Assembly (NCBI RefSeq): GCF_963921235.1
Contig: NC_086097.1
Location: forward strand, 159,218,001 to 159,282,000
Length of the DNA: 64,000 nucleotides
Origin: Mobula hypostoma
Lineage: Eukaryota
Direction: 5' to 3'
Below, one piece after another: positions 58,663-64,000 of the stretch. The notes under the pieces are model-generated. The model had not been told where the DNA came from. It did no database searches and saw only the letters and a program-made list of their open reading frames with translations. The stretch's first letter is position 1. Each line of letters begins with the position of its first letter. The translations under genes and the position numbers were made by a program.

Positions 58663-59836
58663 CAGCGGTCCCCAACCACCGGGCCGCGGACCAGTACCAG
58701 GCCACAAAGCATGCGCTACCGGGCCGTGAGGAAGCTATATGATTTGGCGATATGAGTGAGCTGCACCTTTTCTCATTCCCTGTCACGACCACTGTTGAGC
58801 TTGAACGCACACGAGGTTATTACTCGCGCTTCATCTGTTTCAGCGCGGGAAGGAGATCAAATCCTCGAGCTTGCAAATGATGGCGGGCTGGAAAGTATGT
58901 TTTACATAAAATCTCTGCCGGCATTCTGGATCAAAGTCAAGGCTAAAAATCCTGAGATAGCCACGAAAGCACTTAAAACGTTGCTTCTATTTCCAACATA
59001 ACTCTGCAATGAATGCAACGAAAACTAAATTGCGGAATAGACTGGACATAAGGAACCCATTCGAGTATCGCTGTCTCCCATCACCCTTCGATAGGACCAT
59101 GTTGTTGCAGGAAAACAAGCCCAGGGCTCCCACTGATTCAGCGATATTGGTATGTTGCAATGATTTTATATGTTCATACGGGAAAAACGTGCTGCGTCTT
59201 TAATATCCAAACGTTACTTAAAATGTTATGATGCTATTGACTTATATAACCATGTAACAATTACAGCACGGAAACAGGCCATCTCTGCCCTTCCAGTCCG
59301 TGCTGAATGCTACTCTCACCTAGTCCCACTGACCTGTATTCAGCCCATAACCTTCCATTCCTTTCCTGTCCATATATCTGTCCAATTTTTCTCTGAATGA
59401 TAATATCGAACCTGCCTCTACCACTTCTACTGGAAGTTCATTCAACTCTTACTTCAAGCTCCCCTGATAATTGACTTATTGCTATATTCATATGAGGAAA
59501 ATATGTGCTGTGTGTTTAATATTAAATTCGTTAGATAAACCCTTTTAAAAACGAAATTGAGTGTATTAGCCACTTATCACCGATATTCCGGTCATGATTA
59601 ACACCCGCGCCCCCCCCGAACAGAATTGCCAAAAACAATTTGTAGAAAGAAATCGTACACGCATGCCAAATCACGCATGTGCACTGGTGCCCACGCAAGG
59701 CTTCATGGTCATTGTAGTCTTTCTCGGGGTAAACCCAGCGTATTTGACTGCTACTCTTGTCCGTTGGCAACCCTACTGCCACCCCCCCTCCCACCGGTCG
59801 GCCGGTCTGCAGTGCGAAAAAGGTTGAGGACCCCTG
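58663..59836 (+). mobile_element. Non-autonomous hAT (Charlie/Buster-like) element
   Basis: TIRs cagcggtccccaacc / ggttgaggacccctg. 8-bp TSD ctttataa / ccttataa. hAT dimerization-domain remnants LPAFWIKVKAKNPEIATKALKTLLLFPT and TKTKLRNRLD. Confidence 0.9.
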
Positions 59837-61597
59837 CCTTATAAAGCCTCAGCATCATATCCCTACTCTTATAGACTAGACCTCTTGAAATGAATGTTAA
59901 CGTTGTATTTGCCTTCCTCACCACCAACTCAACCTGCAAGTTAACCTTTAGGGTGTTCTGCACAAGGACTTCCAAGACCTTTTGCATCTCAGATTTTTAG
60001 ATTTTTGGAACTTCTCCCTGTTTAGAAAATAGTCTGCATATTGATTTCTTCTAGTAAAATTCATGACCATGCATTTTCCAACATTGTTTTTCATTTGCCA
60101 CTTTCTTCGGCATTCTCCTAATCTGTCTAAGTCATTCTGCAACCTACCTGTTTCCTCAACACTACCCGCCCCTCCACCAACCTCCTTATCATCTGCAAAC
60201 TCAGCAACAAAGCAATCTATTCCATCAATGAAATCATTGATATACAGCATAAAAAGATGCAGTCCAACACTGACCCCTGTGGAACACCAGTAGACACTGA
60301 CAGCCAATCAGAAAAGGATCCTTTTATTCCCACTCACTATCTCCTACCAATCAGCCAATGCTCTAACCATGTTAGTAACTTTCCTGTAATCGCATGGGCC
60401 CTTAACTTGGTAAGCAGCCTCATGTGTGCCACCTTGTTAAAGGCCTTCTGAAAATCCAAATGTACAACATCCACTGCAGCCCCTTTATCTGTCCTACTTG
60501 TAATCTTCTCAAAGATTTCCAACAGGTTCATCAGGCAAGACATTCCCTTAAGGAAACCACGCCATCTTTGTTCTATCTTGTTCTGTGTCATCAAGTACTC
60601 CATCACCTTATCTTTAACAACTGACTTTAACATCTTCCAATCCACCAAGATTAGGCTAACCAGGCTATAATTTCCTTTCTGCTGTTCCCTTCTTTCTTAA
60701 AGAGTGGAATGACATTTCACCTTTCCAGTCCTCCAGAACCATACCAGAGTCTAATGATTCTTGAAAGCTCATTACTAATAGCTACACTATCTCGGCTGCT
60801 ACCTCTTTCAGAACCCTAGGGTTCTGTGCGTCTGGTCTGGGTGACTTATGCACCTCTAGGTCTTTCAGCATTTTGAGCACCAACTCTCTAGTAACTGTAC
60901 TCACCTCTCTTCCCTCACACCCTTCAACAACTGGCATACTGCTAGTGTCTTCCACAGTGAAGACTGGTGCAAAATACTCATTTAGTTCATCTGCCACTTC
61001 AGTGTCCCTTGTTACTCTTTCTCTGGCTGCATTTTCTAGCCGTCCTATATCCACTCTTATCTCTCTTTTCTTTTTTAAGTACTTGAAAAAGCTTTTACTA
61101 TCCACTTTGATAGTGTTTGCTAGCTTGCTTTCAGATTTCATCTTTTCCCTCTTAATGATTCTTTTAGTTGCTTCTGTAGGTTTTTAAAAGCTTCCCAATC
61201 CTTTATCTTCCTGGTAAATTTTGCTTTGTTGTATGCCCTCTCTTTTGCTTTTACATCTGCTTTGACTTCTCTTGTCAGCCACGGTTTTTGCCATTTTGCT
61301 TGTTTTTGGAATACATCCATCCTGCACCTTCCTAAGTTTTCCCAGAAACTCAAGCCTTGCTGTTCTACTGTCATCCCTGCCAGCACCTCTTTCCAAAGAG
61401 AGCTACTTGAATTAAAAAAAGATCAAAAGCATTAACTTTGGCTAACTACATTACTTTCTCCCTATTGAACTTCAAATTTCAAATTTAACTCAATCATATT
61501 GTGATCACTGCCTCCTAAGGATTCTTTTACCTTTGGTTCCATAATCACTTCCGGTTCGTTATATAAATCCCAATCCAGTATAGCCGATCCCCTAGTA

Positions 61598-61803
61598 TAG
61601 GGTTCCCCATCCTCTTTTGCACCGCGGACCGGTTTCATATTGACAATATTCTTGCGGACCGGCCGACGGGGGGTGGTGGTGGGGGGGCGGTGTTCAAGTT
61701 CAACAGTGCATGACAAGGAATGAAGAAAGGTGCAGCTGACTCATATTATTTTATATTGCCAAATCGTATCATTTCCTCATGGCCCGGTGGTTGGGGACCA
61801 CTG
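61598..61803 (-). mobile_element. 206-bp hAT MITE related to 58663-59836
   Basis: Perfect 8-bp TSD ccctagta (61590-61597, 61804-61811). Ends tagggttcccc / ggggaccactg. Subterminal sequence is the reverse complement of about 58663-58790. Confidence 0.9.
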
Positions 61804-62719
61804 CCCTAGTAGGCTCAATAAGAAACTGCTCGAAGAAGCCACCTCATAGGCATTCAACAATCTCACTCTCTTTCTATCAAATTTCAAGTTGAACTTAATC
61901 ATATTGTGGTTATTGCCTCCATAATTTTAATTCATAAGCTCCACAAACAGAATTAGGTTTGTCAAGCCATCTAGTTTTAAATGTGTTTCCCTCCCACAAT
62001 TCTCATATCATCTTCCTTTAAGTAAAGCTGACAGACTGGATGATCAGCTGCATTCAACACACTTGTGTCTCCAGCCTGTACTTCTCTTTCTTTGCACATA
62101 GTTCCCTTTGAAGGAATCCATGTCATTCACTTTAACTACTCCAAGTGGCAGTAAGTTGCAGATTTTCATCTCTCTGAGGGAAGGAGTTCCTTTGAAATTT
62201 TCATCATCTTTATTAGTGATGTACTCTAGATTTTGGGCTTCCTCTTAAGTGGAAGTACCTTTTTGTTTAACACCAGAGGAGGTTTCTGCTGGTGAACTTC
62301 TTTGGTGATTCACCTGACTGAGCACAGGAACGACCAGAGAAGATCAAAGGTATGTAGGGTACTGTCCAAGTTAACCAGAGGACATTTCCAGTGTTTGCCC
62401 TTCAATCCAGGTAAAAAACAACAGCACAGAATGGAAAATATTAAGATATTTAAGTTCCATCTGGGACTGCAGACTGCTCATTCATGGGCTCTCCCACTTC
62501 ACTATCATAGATTTAATTAATCAACAATAGAAAATGGAATTAGCAAGGTATGGATAAATAACCTCTTTGTTAAACATGCAGATATAAACATTATACAGAG
62601 TGCAGGTAGATTATTTTCCACCGAAGAGGGAGATGAAGATTTTACCCCAATGGATATAAGAGAACTGTAACAATTGTTTATTTCCATATAGGCACCCTGT
62701 ATTATGTTTCTGTATATTG

Positions 62720-62740
62720 TTCTCTCTCTCTCTCTCTCTC
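62720..62740. repeat. (TC)n microsatellite
   Basis: About 10 units. Confidence 0.9.
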
Positions 62741-62865
62741 ATTATTTCCATGTGTTGTATAAAAATGTATACATTTTACTGTGATTGTTTATTTATAATG
62801 TATTATATTACATAATATTTATAATTTTTTCTTAACTAAATTGTTTTTAATTTGTGTGTCTGTGT

Positions 62866-63597
62866 TTAGAAACTTAGAAAACCTAAAGCACAATACAGGC
62901 CCTTCGGCCCACAAAGTTGTGCCTAACATGCTTACCCATAGCCCTCTATTTTTCTAAGCTCCATGTACCTATCCAAAAGTCTCTTAAAAGACCCTATCGG
63001 ATCTGCCTCCACCACCATTGCCGGCAGCCCATTCCACGTACTCACCACTCCCTGAATAAAAAACTTACCCCTGACATCTCCTCTGTACCTACTCCCCAGC
63101 ACCTTAAACCTGTGTCCTCTTGTGGCAACCATTTCAGCCCTGGGAAAAAGCCTCTGACTATCCACATGATCAATGCCTCTCACCACCTTATAAACTTCTA
63201 TCAGGTCACCTCTCATCCTCCGTCGCTCCAAGGAGGAAAGGCTGAGTTCACTCAACCTATCCTCATAAGACATGCTCCCCAATACAGGCAACACCCTTGT
63301 AAATCTCCTTTGCACCCTTTCTATGGTTTCCACATCCTTTCTGTAGTGAAGCGACCAGAACTGAGCACAGTACTCCAAGTGGGGTCTGACCAGGGTCCTA
63401 TATAGTTGCAACATTACCTCTCGGTTCCTAAATTCAATTCCATTATTGATGAAGGCCAATACACGTATGCCTTCTTAACCATAGAGTCAACCTGCGCAGC
63501 CGCTTTGCGCGTCCTATGGACTCTGACTCCAAGATTCCTCTGATCCTTCACACTGCCAAGAGTCTTACCATTAATACTATATTCTGCCATCATATTT
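62866..63597 (-). mobile_element. Young CR1 LINE 3' fragment
   Basis: ORF 62932-63459 (LYRTLVRPHLEYCAQFWS, ERRRMRGDLIEVYK, TRGHRFKV) and a CR1 tail at 62866-62920. Confidence 0.93.
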
Positions 63598-64000
63598 GAA
63601 ATAAAACATTACAGGATTTTGGAAAATAATTGTCCTGGAGGAACGTTGTTTCATTTTTAATGTGCACTGTACAAGCAGTTTATGGTCGAAATGACAATAA
63701 AAAGCAACTTGACTTGACTTAAAACAGGAAATCCTTATTTGATTAGGTGGGATAAGTACCTCGATGATTTTTTTTTCTCATTCTTGACTTATGCTGATGT
63801 ACTTGTCCAATGAAAAACTTACATTTCTTCCATTATTCTTTCCTAATAAGAATTAAGCTTGAAATTGGGATTAAGGTTTATAGGGATGGGCTCATACTGA
63901 AATTATCACTTACATCATGATGCACAATGGTTCCTGTTACCAAGATTGGCAAGGGAGGGGAATGTTTACAGAGTAAAATGCAACACCTTTCCATCTGCAC

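Larger units (their letters stand above)
58097..61870 (-). mobile_element. Degraded CR1 LINE ORF2 carrying two hAT insertions
   Basis: ORFs 58181-58399, 58455-58712, 59948-60307 (FADD), 60337-60648 (LDFQKAFNKV), 60782-61141, 61462-61716 (LGGSDHNMI). CR1 tail at about 58097-58140. Confidence 0.92.

Noticed and set aside
1..64000. Prokaryotic-type system (retron, DGR, defence island) suggested by multiple RT ORFs
   Set aside because: All RTs belong to eukaryotic retroelement classes (Penelope, CR1, Rex1/Babar, Gypsy). There is no operon structure and most frames are disrupted.

Overview
Repeat-dense, apparently non-genic (intergenic or intronic) vertebrate DNA. The repeat families suggest a cartilaginous fish (inference from CR1 LINEs, V-SINEs, Penelope elements and their short derivatives). 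I cannot support any host protein-coding gene or any intact autonomous element. Almost every ORF in the track is transposon-derived or an antisense shadow ORF. Main contents: (1) Three near-identical Penelope-like (RT + GIY-YIG) copies. Two keep an intact minimal hammerhead ribozyme motif at the 3' end and one has an internal inverted duplication. (2) A 14.2 kb nested stack (7223-21463), most levels bounded by target-site duplications (TSDs). A non-autonomous hAT element (8-bp TSD) holds a hAT MITE, a Mag-type Gypsy element (5-bp TSD) that contains a CR1 LINE, and an env-less retrovirus-like provirus (5-bp TSD, tRNA-Leu primer-binding site, PBS). The provirus sits in the hAT terminal inverted repeat (TIR) and is itself interrupted by a Penelope copy. 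(3) Further CR1 and Rex1/Babar-type LINEs, three more degraded Gypsy elements, Tigger/pogo, Tc1 and hAT DNA transposons, SINEs and microsatellites. The strongest novelty candidates are the hard-to-classify provirus with an in-frame-deleted 567-aa ORF, the ribozyme-derived palindromic short elements, and mosaic hAT elements that carry pieces of other transposons. Coordinates and identities were read by eye, so boundaries of degraded repeats are approximate.
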